A stretch of DNA of 64,000 nt from Octopus vulgaris (Eukaryota). The stretch lies in assembly GCA_951406725.2 (NCBI GenBank), contig OX597831.1, forward strand, positions 20,832,001-20,896,000, in the 5' to 3' direction. The notes under the pieces are model-generated. The model was not told where the DNA came from. It saw only the letters and a program-made list of their open reading frames with translations, and made no database searches. Both the position numbers and the translations under genes were made by a program. This document shows, in pieces, positions 28,200 through 42,450 of the stretch (position 1 is the stretch's first letter; each line of letters opens with the position of its first letter).

Positions 28200-29166
28200 T
28201 CATAAACACGTCTGTGTATTTGTACATAGTAAATGGGAAATCTAAAAGATTCCTGGATGACTGATTCATATTTTAGGAAAAAAGAACGGAAGACCTTACC
28301 AGATTCCTTAAATTCATAAATAACATTCAGGAATTCGATCCAATTTGAAAAGGAAATGCAAGAAAGGAGCGTTCATTCTAGTTATTAAGGAAACTGAGAC
28401 TGTTTCCAGCGAACTTTCCTACAAAGTCATTGTCACACGTCAGTACATAGATTTCAGATCTTGCTACCAATCACATATCAGAAGGAATATTCCATTCAAT
28501 ACGTGAGACGTTTATGTTCAAAAAGTATGGTTACAAATAGACCAGAGAAAGATAAATTGTACGACTAAATACACTCCTTCAGAAACAGAATTATCCGAAA
28601 AACATAGTACGCCATGCAATAACCAAGCAAAGAGGATCTCAATCTCTGTCTTACAGAGAAAGCCTCATAATCAAGGTAAGGACAAAAGCAAAAAAAACTA
28701 AGCATAAGTATTGCATTTGTAGTCACCCATAAACCTAGAATCTATAACATATTTCATTCGGCGAAATAATACTTCTTAATTCTGTACCAATCGTAAAACT
28801 GTAGAAAAAAAAATAATTAAAAAGGTACGAATTATTAGCAGCCGAAGACAGTCACTAAATCTTACAACACTGTTAAAAAAGGCGAAATTCACACCGAAAA
28901 AGAAATATTGCAGTCAATAAATGTGAGAAACATCGTTGTGGAACGTGTAAACTAACTGAACTGGACAAAACGAAAAAAATATCAAGAATGAGAAAGAATT
29001 GAAAGTTAACGCGAAAGCGAATTGCAACCCACCACTATAAAAAGGAAATAAAAAAGAATTCTGTTTTTACTGACTTGTAAGGCTGTCATCGACTGAGCAT
29101 TATATCGGCCAAACGGGATAAAATGTAATAGATCCCCTTGGTGGCATAAGCAAGAAATCAAAGAAA
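28200..29166 (+). mobile_element. Degenerate Penelope-like element (RT C-terminus plus start of GIY-YIG)
   Basis: KRFLDD*FI at about 28244 (RT catalytic motif), RQYIDFRSCYQSHIRRNIPFN, the linker KCEKHRCGTCKL and HYIGQTG at about 29098; runs into the gap. Confidence 0.8.
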
Positions 29167-29266
29167 NNNNNNNNNNNNNNNNNNNNNNNNNNNNNNNNNN
29201 NNNNNNNNNNNNNNNNNNNNNNNNNNNNNNNNNNNNNNNNNNNNNNNNNNNNNNNNNNNNNNNNNN
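29167..29266. other. Assembly gap (100 N)
   Basis: Run of N. Confidence 1.
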
Positions 29267-29835
29267 CTCTTACTTCTTTTCTGAAACATTTAAAGGCACG
29301 GAACGAACGCTGTCACCACTCACTGTCTATTTCACTCTCTCTCGTTCTTTCTCTCTTAAATCCTCTCTAAAACATTTCAAAACACAGAACGACCGCCGCC
29401 ACCACTCACTGTCTGTTTCACTCTCTCTCTCACTCTCTCACTTTCTCTCTCACTCTTTATCTCTCTCTCTCTCTTACTTCATCTCTGTCCTCTTCGCGCT
29501 CGCTTTACCACATCTCTAAGTAAGTGTGACGCACAAAACAGGTACGTACTAAGACAAACATTTAGCGTCTTAATATTATTGATAACCGTGCATTCATGGT
29601 TCTAGCTTTTCTTCTTTTTGTCTTTTTCTCTCTTTGTCTTTCTCTCACTCTCTCTTACTCTCTCTTTCTATATATATATATATATAGAGACAGAGATACA
29701 TAAAAATGCGAAAATATATATATATACGTAAATATATTATATGATATATATATTTATATATGTATATATATATGTATATATACATACATACATACATATA
29801 CATACATACATACATACATACATACATACATACAC

Positions 29836-29883
<48 letters not shown>

Positions 29884-30001
29884 TTATACATACATATAGG
29901 TATATATATATACATATATATACATACATATATATATACATACATACATATACATACATATATATGCTTATATATACATATAGGTATATATATATACATA
30001 T

Positions 30002-30038
<37 letters not shown>

Positions 30039-30106
30039 CATATATACATATATATACATATATATATACATATATATATATATAAATATGTGTGTTTATA
30101 TTTCTG

Positions 30107-30165
<59 letters not shown>

Positions 30166-30841
30166 TATCGTCATATACAGATATGTATAATACTGGAAAT
30201 AGAAGCCAAAATCTTTACTGAACCATTCAAATAATTAATTTCAAACAAAGATCAGTCAATTTGATTAATGATATCAATCTCTTGGCATTATGAGCATTTC
30301 TTCTCAAGCTTCACACTCACTCAGACACAAACACATACACACACATACTAACACAAACACACAGAATCGCGCGCACACACACATAGAAACATTCCCAAAC
30401 AGAGACAGCCACAAACGCATACGTACACACATGGACCCATACATATATAACAATATGCATGCTACCATACATAGGTAGCTGCCTGCGTGTATTTACACAC
30501 ACACAGACACACCACCACACTCATGTATACACGAATGTGGGCGTGTGTGACTGAGTGACTGAGTGTACGTCAGAACACATCAATATATCGGTTGGATGTA
30601 TACCAGAATCAATAGAAGTGGGATGGTCAGACAAAATACCTTGTGGTATTAGAGCTACATCGATATTATGTCCAGAGTTCATATGCATCGAATCTCCACT
30701 TTTCCTTTCATCTTCCAGAGGTCGATAACCTAAGTTCTAGTCAATGTTGTCAGTTAAAACCTCGAAGGCCCAACTCCAGCATGGCCACACTCTAATTACT
30801 GAATATAGTTGTCTGGCAAAAGAGAAAGATACATATATGTA

Positions 30842-30910
<69 letters not shown>

Positions 30911-30954
30911 ATATATATTATATATATATACATATATAATATAAAATATATATG

Positions 30955-31005
<51 letters not shown>

Positions 31006-31024
31006 ACATATATAATATAAAATA

Positions 31025-31075
<51 letters not shown>

Positions 31076-31729
31076 TTATATATATATACATATATAATAT
31101 AAAATATATATGTATATTATATATATATATATATATATATAATATAAAATATATATGTATATTATATATATATATATGTATAAGAACACTCGTACCTATA
31201 TGCATATACATACATATTATTATATGTACTCTCATGCGTACATAAAAATACATTCATACATATTTACACATGCACATACACATGAGCACACACGCACAAA
31301 CGCACACGTACAAGCACACACACAAACACACACACACACATTCTCTCTCCCTCTCATACACTCACACACACTTATATATATATATATATATATACACACA
31401 CAGAATATCAGTAGCTAACAAGACTGTAAGAGCCTAACCAATAACAAAATATTTTATTAATGACCATCCATATGCAGGAATGGTTCCACTAAAATGTAGG
31501 ACACCCGTCAAATCAATTAATACAGTGTTCGCTCTCCCAATAAATGACCCGGCGTCTGCTGGTTTTTCGACCTTAAATTGATAATTCTCGCACTAACGTT
31601 AGACAATATCAATTTAAGTTCGAAAAACCATAAGTTTTACTGTAAACAATGTAAATCTTACGATCTACTTGGTTTACAGTGGAATTCTAACCGTTAAATA
31701 TATAACATTTCTATATCTGATTGCATCTT

Positions 31730-32345
31730 GTTTCAGTCATTAGGCTGTAGCCATGCTGGAGCACCGTCTTGAGGAATTTTTGGTCGATTGAATCGACCCG
31801 TGTAGTATTTTATGTTGAGCCTGGTACTTATTCTATCGACATCTATTGCCGAACCGCTAGGTTACGGGGACCCAAACACACCACACCAACAGCGGACGTT
31901 AAGGCAGAGAGCTGGCAGAATGGTTAGCACGCCGGGCGAACTACTTAGCGGTATTTCGTCTGCCGTTACGTTCTGAATTCAAATTCTGCCGAGGTCGACT
32001 TTGCCTTTCATCCTTTCGGGATCGATTAAATAAGTACCAGTTACGCACTGGAGTCGATGTAATCGACTTAATCCGTTTGTCTGTCCTTGTTTGCCCCCTC
32101 TGTGTTTAGCCCCTTGTGGGTAGTAAAGAAATGGGTCGTAAGGGTCAATCACAGACACAAAGAGGTACATATACACACATACGACAGGCTTCATTAAGTT
32201 TCCGTCTACTAAGTTCACTTAGAAGTCTTTGGTCGGCCCGAGCCTAGAGCAGAAAAACTTACCGAAGGTCCCACTCAGTGGCACTGAACACGGAACTTTG
32301 TGGTTTGGCAAGCAAACTTTTTACTACACAGTCACAACTGCGCAT
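31730..32345 (-). mobile_element. Older family A-like SINE split by a family C insertion
   Basis: Tail half at 31730-31898 and head half at about 32140-32345 flank the plus-strand insert. Confidence 0.7.
31900..32135 (+). mobile_element. SINE family C, best-preserved copy (Deu/Nin-like central domain)
   Basis: gagctggcagaatggttagc head, then gccgaggtcgactttgcctttcatcctttcgggatcgattaaataagtaccag, which resembles the Deu/Nin SINE domain as I recall it. Confidence 0.75.
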
Positions 32346-32687
32346 GTTTATCTAGTTTGTTGGGGAAAGTGCTTGGTCCCTATTCTATTCTTCTGTATGA
32401 GTTCTGGGGCGAAGTGCATTCTACTGTAGCCTCGGCAAATTAGTCTGTTCGTTGTGAATTGGAATTCACTGGAGCGAAATTCTGTAGAAGAGTGTCGTTC
32501 ATTCACACAAAGACACACATACACACACACTCACACATACATACACACACACACACAAACGTGTACGAATGTACGCATATGCATCTATATACACATCATG
32601 GACTCTCCCGTCAAAACCGATGTGTGAGTGTTAAGCTGTTTGCCGAACGACCTGCACAAATGATTTGTTTATAGTGATCAAATGTAT

Positions 32688-32970
32688 GTGGTTAGCGCAG
32701 CGGACTCGCGGTCGGAGGATCGCGGTTTCGATTCCCGAAACGGGCGTTGTGTGTGTTTATTGAGCGAAAACACCTAAAGCTCCACGAGGCTTCGGCAGGG
32801 CGGGCGGGGGGTGGGTGACAACTGTTGTACTCTTTCGTCTCAACTTTCTCTCACTCTTTCTTTCTGTTTCTTGGGTAACGCTGCGATGGACTGGTCCATC
32901 TGGGGTGAACACTTATGCCACAGAAACCGGGAAACCGGGTCCATGAGCCTCGTTATGCTTGAAAAGGGCG
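32688..32970 (+). mobile_element. Family B-related SINE with a different 3' part
   Basis: gcggactcgcggtcggaggatcgcggtttcgattccc...gagcgaaaacacctaaagctccacgagg is shared with family B. Confidence 0.7.
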
Positions 32971-33312
32971 AAAATGAAAAGAAAAGATCAAGTGCTGTAC
33001 ATTAGCTTGCTCTCATTTGCTCAATCGAAATGTCGACGTGTTCGTGGAGCAACGTTAGATAAAGAGTTTTGCTCAAGAACGTAAATACCCACCGTGTGAA
33101 TACACACACACATGTATGTGTGTGTATACACATGCGTTGGTGTGGATGTGTAGGCGTAGGCGAAGTTGTGTGTTAGAAGGTTCGCCTCCCAACTACACGA
33201 ATCCGGGTTGAGTCGCAGTGCACGACATCTTGGGAAGGGGGAAAATACCTGAGAAAAATATCTGAGAGTGGATTTGGTAGACGGAAACTGGAAGACGTCT
33301 ACCATGTGTGAG

Positions 33313-33574
<262 letters not shown>

Positions 33575-33899
33575 TAATCAGAGTTAGCGGATACAGTAAC
33601 CGACTAAGGGATAAAATATCCGTATATACTATCGGTACCAGTTACCCGTGTTATCTGCGGGAATGGGTATGCAGGTACACTATCCTCGTAGAGTACAGGT
33701 CACAATAGAATAAACAAAAGTTTATCAGGAATCAAATTTAAATAATTATAAAATGGAGAAAACCTTAGATCAACAAATCAATTGAACCATATCTGTAGCT
33801 TATTGTTTAATATAAAACATGACATAACATAACATTTATGACAACGGCCCATAGGCTGTGGTTTTCGCCATTTTCTAATTATATATACGTATGTATCTT

Positions 33900-33931
33900 T
33901 ATCTATCTATCTATCTTTCTATCTGTCTGTT

Positions 33932-34008
<77 letters not shown>

Positions 34009-34025
34009 GTATCTATGTATGTATG

Positions 34026-34088
<63 letters not shown>

Positions 34089-34169
34089 TTCTATCTATCT
34101 ATTTCTATCTATCTATCTATCTATTTCTATCTATCTATCTATCTATTTCTATCTATCTATCTATCTATT

Positions 34170-34246
<77 letters not shown>

Positions 34247-34261
34247 TTCTATCTATCTATT

Positions 34262-34327
<66 letters not shown>

Positions 34328-34328
34328 C

Positions 34329-34366
<38 letters not shown>

Positions 34367-34381
34367 TTCTATCTATCTATT

Positions 34382-34432
<51 letters not shown>
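33900..34432. repeat. (CTAT)n microsatellite of about 530 bp
   Basis: Directly visible. Confidence 0.95.
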
Positions 34433-34433
<1 letters not shown>

Positions 34434-34600
34434 AATCATGGTGAAATGTTGGTATCATGACAGATGTGTGAATGTGTTTGATGTGTGTACGTGTGTATAT
34501 GTATATGTATGTGAATATATATCTGTGTGTGTGTGTGTGTGTGTACGCGCGTGTGCATAGGGAAAGTTCGTGGCATAATCGTTAGGCTGACATGTATAAA

Positions 34601-34647
<47 letters not shown>

Positions 34648-34855
34648 GAGTAAGAGAGAACTCGAGAGAGCTATACTGCATGCTGCAATGCTTTGTTCGG
34701 TTGGTAAAATTTTTTCAATCAGTAGAATAGAGAATCACTAAGTGAAGTGCATTGCTTAACGATACAAGGTACTGCCCAGTTCAGGAAGTGAACTCATGAT
34801 ATTACAATTGTGAACATGGCAGCCTAACCATTATGCCACGAAGTTTCCCTATGCT

Positions 34856-34937
<82 letters not shown>

Positions 34938-35036
34938 CACACACAGATATCTTCACATACATATACATATACACACCTACACATATCAAACACGGTCATA
35001 CATCTATCATGATACCAACATTTCACTATGATTTAG
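34431..35036. repeat. Diverged inverted duplication (arms 34431-34595 and 34814-35036)
   Basis: ctaaatcatggtgaaatgttggtatcatga pairs with tcatgataccaacatttcactatgatttag. gcatagggaaagttcgtggcataatcgttaggctg pairs with cagcctaaccattatgccacgaagtttccctatgc. Confidence 0.85.
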
Positions 35037-35228
35037 TTCATTCGTTATACTCTAGTTTGTGTTATTTGAAATATTAAAGAAAATGGTTTTACATTTCAAT
35101 CTATGCAAAGAGATTTGAAAGTGTTAACGTATACTAGAATAAACATATCTGTCGATGAAATATAAGCGTATTAATTATATTATAGTATTTACATAATTCA
35201 ATGCGTTACTCATACCTACACACAAAGA

Positions 35229-35273
<45 letters not shown>

Positions 35274-35733
35274 ATATGTATATACATGTATACATATATA
35301 TATATATATATAGTTATATACATATATATATATATATATATATTCGTATATATATTATATACGACTACCTGCATATGTATGTATATGAACGCATATATTT
35401 GTTTAAACACACACACATGCATACATACACACTCGCACACACACACATATATATATACACATCTGTTTGCATATTGATATATATATATGTGTACATATAT
35501 ATATACATACATACGTGGTTATGATGCTACTCCACAACCTCTGCTCGGAGACATGGTCAACTGGTTAAGGTCAATCAACTGACAGTTAATGCGTATGTAT
35601 GTATTATTCTCTCTCTCTCCCTCTCTCCTCCTCCCTCTCTCTCCCTCTCTCTCCCTCTCTCCTCCTCCCTCTCTCTCCCTCTCTCTCTATATATATACAT
35701 GTATGTATGTATGTATGTATATGTATATATATA

Positions 35734-35773
<40 letters not shown>

Positions 35774-35776
<3 letters not shown>

Positions 35777-36437
35777 TAGTTTTATTTTTATAGCGTGCTT
35801 TCACTTCACTACCGAGCACAGCTCTGTGTGCCTTGGGTATGTGCTGTGATTTGTTGTGATGCTCTGATTGTTATTGTATGGAAAGTGTTCTGCGTAGGAT
35901 GTGTGCAGTTCCTAGTAGTGCAATTTTCTGTATGTTATATGTGTTTGTAAGTCCTGGTGTTTTTGTTATGTATTTGTCTGAATATTTTTTATCATGCCTA
36001 ATGCACCTACTATGATAGGAATTGTTTCTGTTTTCAGATTCCACATTCTAGTTACCTCTATTTCCAGGTCTTTGTATTTTGAGAGTTTCTCCATTTCTTT
36101 TAGAGACACGTTGTCATCAGCCGGTATTGATACATCAATTAGAAAGCATTTTTTTCTTCATGATCTCTGACAACTATATCTGGTCTGTTGGCCTTAATTT
36201 CTCTATCTGTGTGTATCGGCATAGCCCAGAGTATGGCTGCTTTCTCGTTTTCTGTGACCTTTTCTGGTGTGTGCCTATACCGTCTTTTTTCTGTTGTTAT
36301 TCCATAATGTTGGCATAGCTTCCAATGTATGTAGGTTCCAACTCTGTCATGTCTGTGAATATATTCCTTCTTAGCCAAGACTGGGCAGCTAGAGATAATA
36401 TGATTTATTGTTTCTTGTCCATCTCCACATATTCTGC

Positions 36438-36439
<2 letters not shown>
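35774..36439 (-). mobile_element. 5'-truncated R4/Dong-type LINE flanked by (TAA)n on both sides
   Basis: AKKEYIHRHDRVGTYIHWKLCQHYGI..PEKVTENEKAAILW..IHTDREIKANRPDIVV (RHD..RPD RLE motifs). TAA arrays at 35736-35773 and 36440-36505. Confidence 0.9.
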
Positions 36440-36507
<68 letters not shown>

Positions 36508-36664
36508 TGGACATGCTGAACCGTTGAAATCAACAAGTTTATTTTCTCTTAGAACATAGGCTCGAAACGTAAAAGACCTTTCCATTTTCCCGCACGTCAG
36601 ACTTATACGTTTGCTTATTCGTCTTCGTCTTTTCTTTTTCTATAAATTTCAGCTATATATATAT

Positions 36665-36695
<31 letters not shown>

Positions 36696-36761
36696 CATGT
36701 GTGTGTGTGTTTGTATGTATACGTATATATATATATATATATATGTTTGTATATATACAAA

Positions 36762-36869
<108 letters not shown>

Positions 36870-36871
36870 AA

Positions 36872-36966
<95 letters not shown>

Positions 36967-38026
36967 AATAAATGTTTTTATATATAAAGAACGTGAAATA
37001 CAGGAAGGGACGAACCGGAACACAGACAAATCATTCGAAGCCTTCAATCTTCAGTCAGACACCGAATCATCATAGCAAATTTCGGCTGTTCAATTCTGAT
37101 ATTTGCTCCAACTCGGCCAGCCCCAAGAAAAAAACTAAGCTGTAAGCATTAGATTTCTTGATAGAAGACAAGAATGTAGACGCAAGAGACGGATGTAAAT
37201 ACAAGAGACGAAAACGAAATTGAAAACAGTAATGGATAAACAAAATATAACGGTGGTTGTCTTACGACTTTTGACCAAATGAGACAAAAACAACAACAAC
37301 ATAGCAGCTGGCGTAGAAATAATTACCTTTTCGGTAGAGGGGACACATGTTGGTCGAGATACGATCGCCAACAGAATGGTTAAGAAGCAGCAGGTTGCAG
37401 GAGAGAGAGAGAAAGAGAGACAGAGAGAGAGGGAATCAAATATATGTATATATATACACACATACACAATCACGCATATATATATATATCTCCATTTGCA
37501 ACGCCAGTTTACATGAACATTCTAATAGAAAAATCACGTAATATTTACGGTTTTAGGCATTGGTGAAGCACTTCCCCCCACTTGCATCGAAAGCGTTCTT
37601 TCACAGTGTTCGTCTTTCACACCTTGTTGTTACGAAAATATCTCGAGGAAATAAAAAAGAAAAGAAAAAATTAAATGTTTGTATGCGGGAAGAGAATGTG
37701 GAGAAGAAACATGTGGTGGTGGTAGGGGAAATTAAGATGGTGGATACGTATAATCATAGACGGGAGAAAGGGAAGGAGGGAGATGAAAGCGACTAGAAGA
37801 CGAAAGTTTAGAAGGACGGGAACAGAAAGAAAAAGGAGAACAATCGGAAGAAAGAGAAGGAAAGGAAGAATAATGAGAAGGAGGAAGGGGAGGAGAAGAA
37901 GAAAAAAGTAGGGGAATAGTAGTAGTAGTAGTAGTAGTAGTATTAATATTAGTAGTATTAGTAATAATAATAATAATAATGATGATGCCACACTACTCTT
38001 TAATGGCATGCACTGCTCTCTCACTC

Positions 38027-38058
<32 letters not shown>

Positions 38059-38290
38059 GAAGAAGAAGAAGACGACGACGACGACGAAGAAGAAGAAGAT
38101 GAAGAAGAAAAGGGAAGAAGGAGAAGTAGATAGAGTGGGTAGTGCTTCATATAGCAAAACGGTTTATCAACTCCTATGCTGGCGCTGTGTCCGCCAGTAC
38201 AAGCAAAACCATTGTTACCAAACTTCGTCAGATCGAAGATGATGTATTTGACCACCCAGCGGCATTAGTCTGGGACAACTTAAAGTGAAA

Positions 38291-38366
38291 AAGTTCTATT
38301 AAAGACAGTTCTATTAAAGAACTGTTCTATTAAAGTTCTATTAAAGACAGTTCTATTAAGGACAGT
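38291..38366. repeat. Short tandem array of GTTCTATTAAAG(ACA) units
   Basis: Five copies of gttctattaa. Confidence 0.8.
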
Positions 38367-39056
38367 TGTCCAGAGTCAAAGCATGAGGTGTTTTGGAGAG
38401 AGCTAATTTATGACCTTACTGCTTTTCGGCACTGAGAAAGAGATACAGTAAAACACGAAGAGACGGAAGAGGAGGGGAGATATAAAAGCGGACAGTAGAG
38501 TCCCGAAAGCCGAAGCAGAAAATTATTAGAATTTAATTTAATTAAATAATGGTCAGGAGGGTTTTAAATTATGTTTTTAAAATATATGTTATACATGTAT
38601 GCGCAAAATAAACATAAAAATTTAAACGTGAATAAACAATAAAAAATAAAATGAGATGTATAGTTGGACTGATATAGTTATTGATGCATGGGTGTATATA
38701 TATATATATATATACATGCATATGCACATACACAAACTCAGTTACACATAGACACACATACAGACGCGTACATACGTACATACGCACATACTTACATATA
38801 CACATACATAAATATGTATATACATACATGCACACACATACATTCATACATACATACATACATACATACATACATACATACATAAATACACAAATACGTA
38901 CATACATAGATACATACACCCATACATATATACATACATATATACATAAACACCTACATATAAATACACACACATATATACATACATACATATATATATA
39001 TACACTCAGATATACATACACACAGATAGATATACAATCTATATACACGGACACAC

Positions 39057-39104
<48 letters not shown>

Positions 39105-39256
39105 TATAGCAAGGCATATATTTCACGTTGCTCCAGTTATCATATATATATAGTTGCGATCACTGGTACCAATATCGATATATATAACACTGGTGGCGTG
39201 GAGAGAAGGCGGGTATGCATGGGCGACTGCTGGTCTTCCAAACAACCTTGCCCGGA

Positions 39257-39323
<67 letters not shown>

Positions 39324-39380
39324 AAAAAAGTCAAGGTAGAAAATGCTAAAATAATTTTATAAAAACATTTCAGTTATTGG

Positions 39381-39492
39381 GACTTTTTCAACTGTAAGTA
39401 TGGAAAACAATTAAATTTTGGAAAAATAAAAAAAATTTAAGTATTTTCCCTACTTACAGTTGAAAAAGTCTCACTGACTTAAACCGGTACTG
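39381..39492 (+). repeat. Inverted repeat (20-bp arms 39381-39400 and 39451-39470) overlapping a degenerate hammerhead-like motif at 39457-39492
   Basis: gactttttcaactgtaagta / tacttacagttgaaaaagtc. Motif CAG-UUGAAAA-AGUC ucacu GACU-uAAA-CCG-GUA-CUG. Confidence 0.55.
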
Positions 39493-39716
39493 AAATAGAA
39501 ATATTACATTTCTAAATATCTCAGAGAGATATAACCAGTAGTGGTACGATAGAGTAGTTGTATACTGTCAACTTAATGTGACAGTCCCATGAAGGGAATC
39601 ACACCACTGCTATTTAGCCCTAGGAAGCATCAACGCTTCCTGTCGGCCTTGACACATTTCCTGTGTTCTTATGTTAACAAGAGGGCGACAAGCACCTCCA
39701 CCCAGCTAAGCCTGCA

Positions 39717-39758
39717 CCCAGAGACTAGTTTCTGAGTCTTGCTCGTCATCAGTCTGGA
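39717..39758 (-). ncRNA. Minimal type-I hammerhead ribozyme with a canonical core
   Basis: Minus strand reads UCCAGA-CUGAUGA-cGAG caaga CUCa-GAAA-CUA-GUC-UCUGGG: stem I 5-6 bp, palindromic stem III ACUAGU and a GUC triplet. Confidence 0.8.
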
Positions 39759-40441
39759 GTAACATGGCCTGCTAGTTGGAGATACCTGTCTAGCCTTTGT
39801 AAACATATAAGAATTCTAGTGAAATAAATCGTTGGTGTGTGTATATGTATGTATATATGTCATTGTTTAGTTTTATTTCAAGATCTCATGCCAATAGAGA
39901 AAGAGTCGGTTTCTAACCTAGATCAAAGGCTCCTTAATTGAAATTTCAACCTCAACATCAGAGTATATTTCTTCATATGTATGTATGTATATGCACAGAT
40001 TTTTATGTTTTGTTTTATGTATGTATTCTCATTCATATCGCTGTATATCTAGACATGCTCATATATATTTAAATGATAAACTTCTGGAAAGTCTTACAAA
40101 CTTTTACAGTTCCTGTTGTGGATTGGATCTCTTGTCTGCGACTTAGATTTCTCCTTTCTGGTTTTGAGAAACCTAATTTCTCAGGATTGGTATTTAGGCA
40201 CTATGTATGTATGTTTGTATGGTTATGGAGGTCTATCTCCAAAACACTAGAAAATTTTCTGTTGGGGCTTTTGTGCCTCCCGGAGGGCCCCTTGATCAAA
40301 ATGAAATATACTTGTCCAAATACCCTGCTTAATGTAGTTTCAGAATATTTATGGTTCTGGGGTTCTATCTCCAAAACCTAATGAGGAATTCAATAAGAAA
40401 CAGACTTTATATATAGATATATATGTATATATAGACGTATG

Positions 40442-40559
<118 letters not shown>

Positions 40560-40772
40560 CACATACACATATCTTCATATATATGTTTATATACACATAC
40601 GTATTTGTGTATGAATACATATCTACTAGGTCCCTGAGCTCTTGAACCTGTCACAGGAGCATCGCCGTGATATGTAGTGTGACTAATGCATTTTATTCCT
40701 GGAAGAGTAGATATCCTCATCTTGGAACCCAGCCCGATTGCTACAAAGGGATAGGTGAGAGAATAGAAGAAT

Positions 40773-40811
<39 letters not shown>

Positions 40812-40994
40812 AAGAAAGAAAGAAAGAAAGAGAGAACGAAAGAAGAAAATAAATAAATGAATTGTAGATCTGCGTAACATTGCAATACATTGCTATCTCA
40901 TCTTTCTGAAACGATGTCTGGCATATTTGTCTTACATTTTAACTACATTACACAAAGTCACAATATATATATATATATATATATATAAAACTTA

Positions 40995-41330
40995 GATATG
41001 TTTCGACCAATGATTGGTCCAGGCCATGTCTAACTTAATAGCACCACCTGATAAGATTATTTGAATCCTGTTTAAGTCAAGTTTTGTTTATGGTCCATTC
41101 AAGTAGTGAGTTTTTGTTGGGTGAGTTGTATCCAATTATGGGTGGCTTATCTGGTATTCCTTGAAGGAATCTATCCAGACTCCGTTTAAAGTTGATGGGG
41201 TCCTGTTCTTCTTTGATCTCTTTCGGGACAATGTTAAATAGGTCAGGGCCTGTTGAGGAAAAGAAATTATGTTGTAGTGTACATATATGCTGTGATCTTG
41301 AATTGGACAGGGGGTGTATGGCCCGTGGTC
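40995..41330 (-). mobile_element. 5'-truncated CR1-group LINE 3' end (second family)
   Basis: FSSTGPDLFNIVPKEIKEEQDPINFKRSLDRFLQGIPDKP..NSLLEW, homologous to 25695-25961; 3' stem-loop gacca-atcat-tggtc. Confidence 0.8.
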
Positions 41331-41340
41331 TATATATATT

Positions 41341-41372
<32 letters not shown>

Positions 41373-41381
41373 CACATAACA

Positions 41382-41417
<36 letters not shown>

Positions 41418-41955
41418 CAGTAAGCTTGGCAGGAAAGAAACGCGCCTTTAAGCAGTACAAAACAACAAAAAATGGAAGGTGAGGTTATGTACAGGTTGAC
41501 AGAAGAAAAGCAGGACAAAAACGACTTTATCGATCGCATTCTCACCTGGAATCGATTTTTGTAATATTTTCAAGACTTATACACACCCTGATACTGTCGG
41601 TATCTACATCACAATTGGATGGAGGATGCCCGAGATCCTAGAAGACACACACACACACACACACAGAACGGATTTTATATAAAAGGATATGTCACATACA
41701 TTTCAAAGAATAATCTGAACCTAAAGGGTTAAAAACTGTGAAATAGAAATCCTTCTCAGTTAAATGTAAGTTTATTGTTTACCAACACATATACATCGTT
41801 AAAAATATATTGTAGAAAATATGTTGGAATGCATTCTCTTTGAATTCTCATGTTGCAGTCTACAAATGTTCTGTCATCTGAGAGCGCATTTTAGAAAAAC
41901 ATTTGAGTATTATAAACTCCTAGGTGAATACAGACAGGTGAATTTTTATTATATA

Positions 41956-42364
41956 GGCGCAGGAGTGGATGTGTGGTAAGTAGCTTGCTAACCAACTGCA
42001 TGGTTCCGGGTTCAGTCCCACTGCGTGGCACCTTGCTCAAGTGTCTTCTACTATAGTCCCGGGCCGACCAATGCCTTGTGAGTGGATTTGGTAGACGGAA
42101 ACTGAAAGAAGCCCGTCGTATATATGTATATGTATATATATGTGTGTGTATGTGTTTGTGTGTCTGTGTTTTTCCCCCTAGCATTGCTTGACAACCGATG
42201 CTGGTGTGTTTATGTCCCCGTTACTTAGCGGTTCGGCAAAAAGAGACCGATAGAATAAGTACTGGGCTTACAAAAGAATAAGTCCCGGGGTCGAGTTGCT
42301 CGAATAAAGGCGGTGCTCCAGCATGGCCGCAGTCAAATGACTGAAACAAGTAAAAGAGTAAAAG
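41956..42364 (+). mobile_element. SINE family A, full length
   Basis: ggcgcaggagtgg head through gtaaaagagtaaaag tail. Confidence 0.92.
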
Positions 42365-42450
42365 TGTATATGTGTGTCTGTGTGTGTTTGTGTGTGTATG
42401 TATGTGTGTGTGTAGTTATGTATATTGATATATAGGTATATTTGTATGGG

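Noticed and set aside
37030-37065. CUGAAGA hammerhead candidate on the minus strand
   Set aside because: No GAAA or stem III at the required position.
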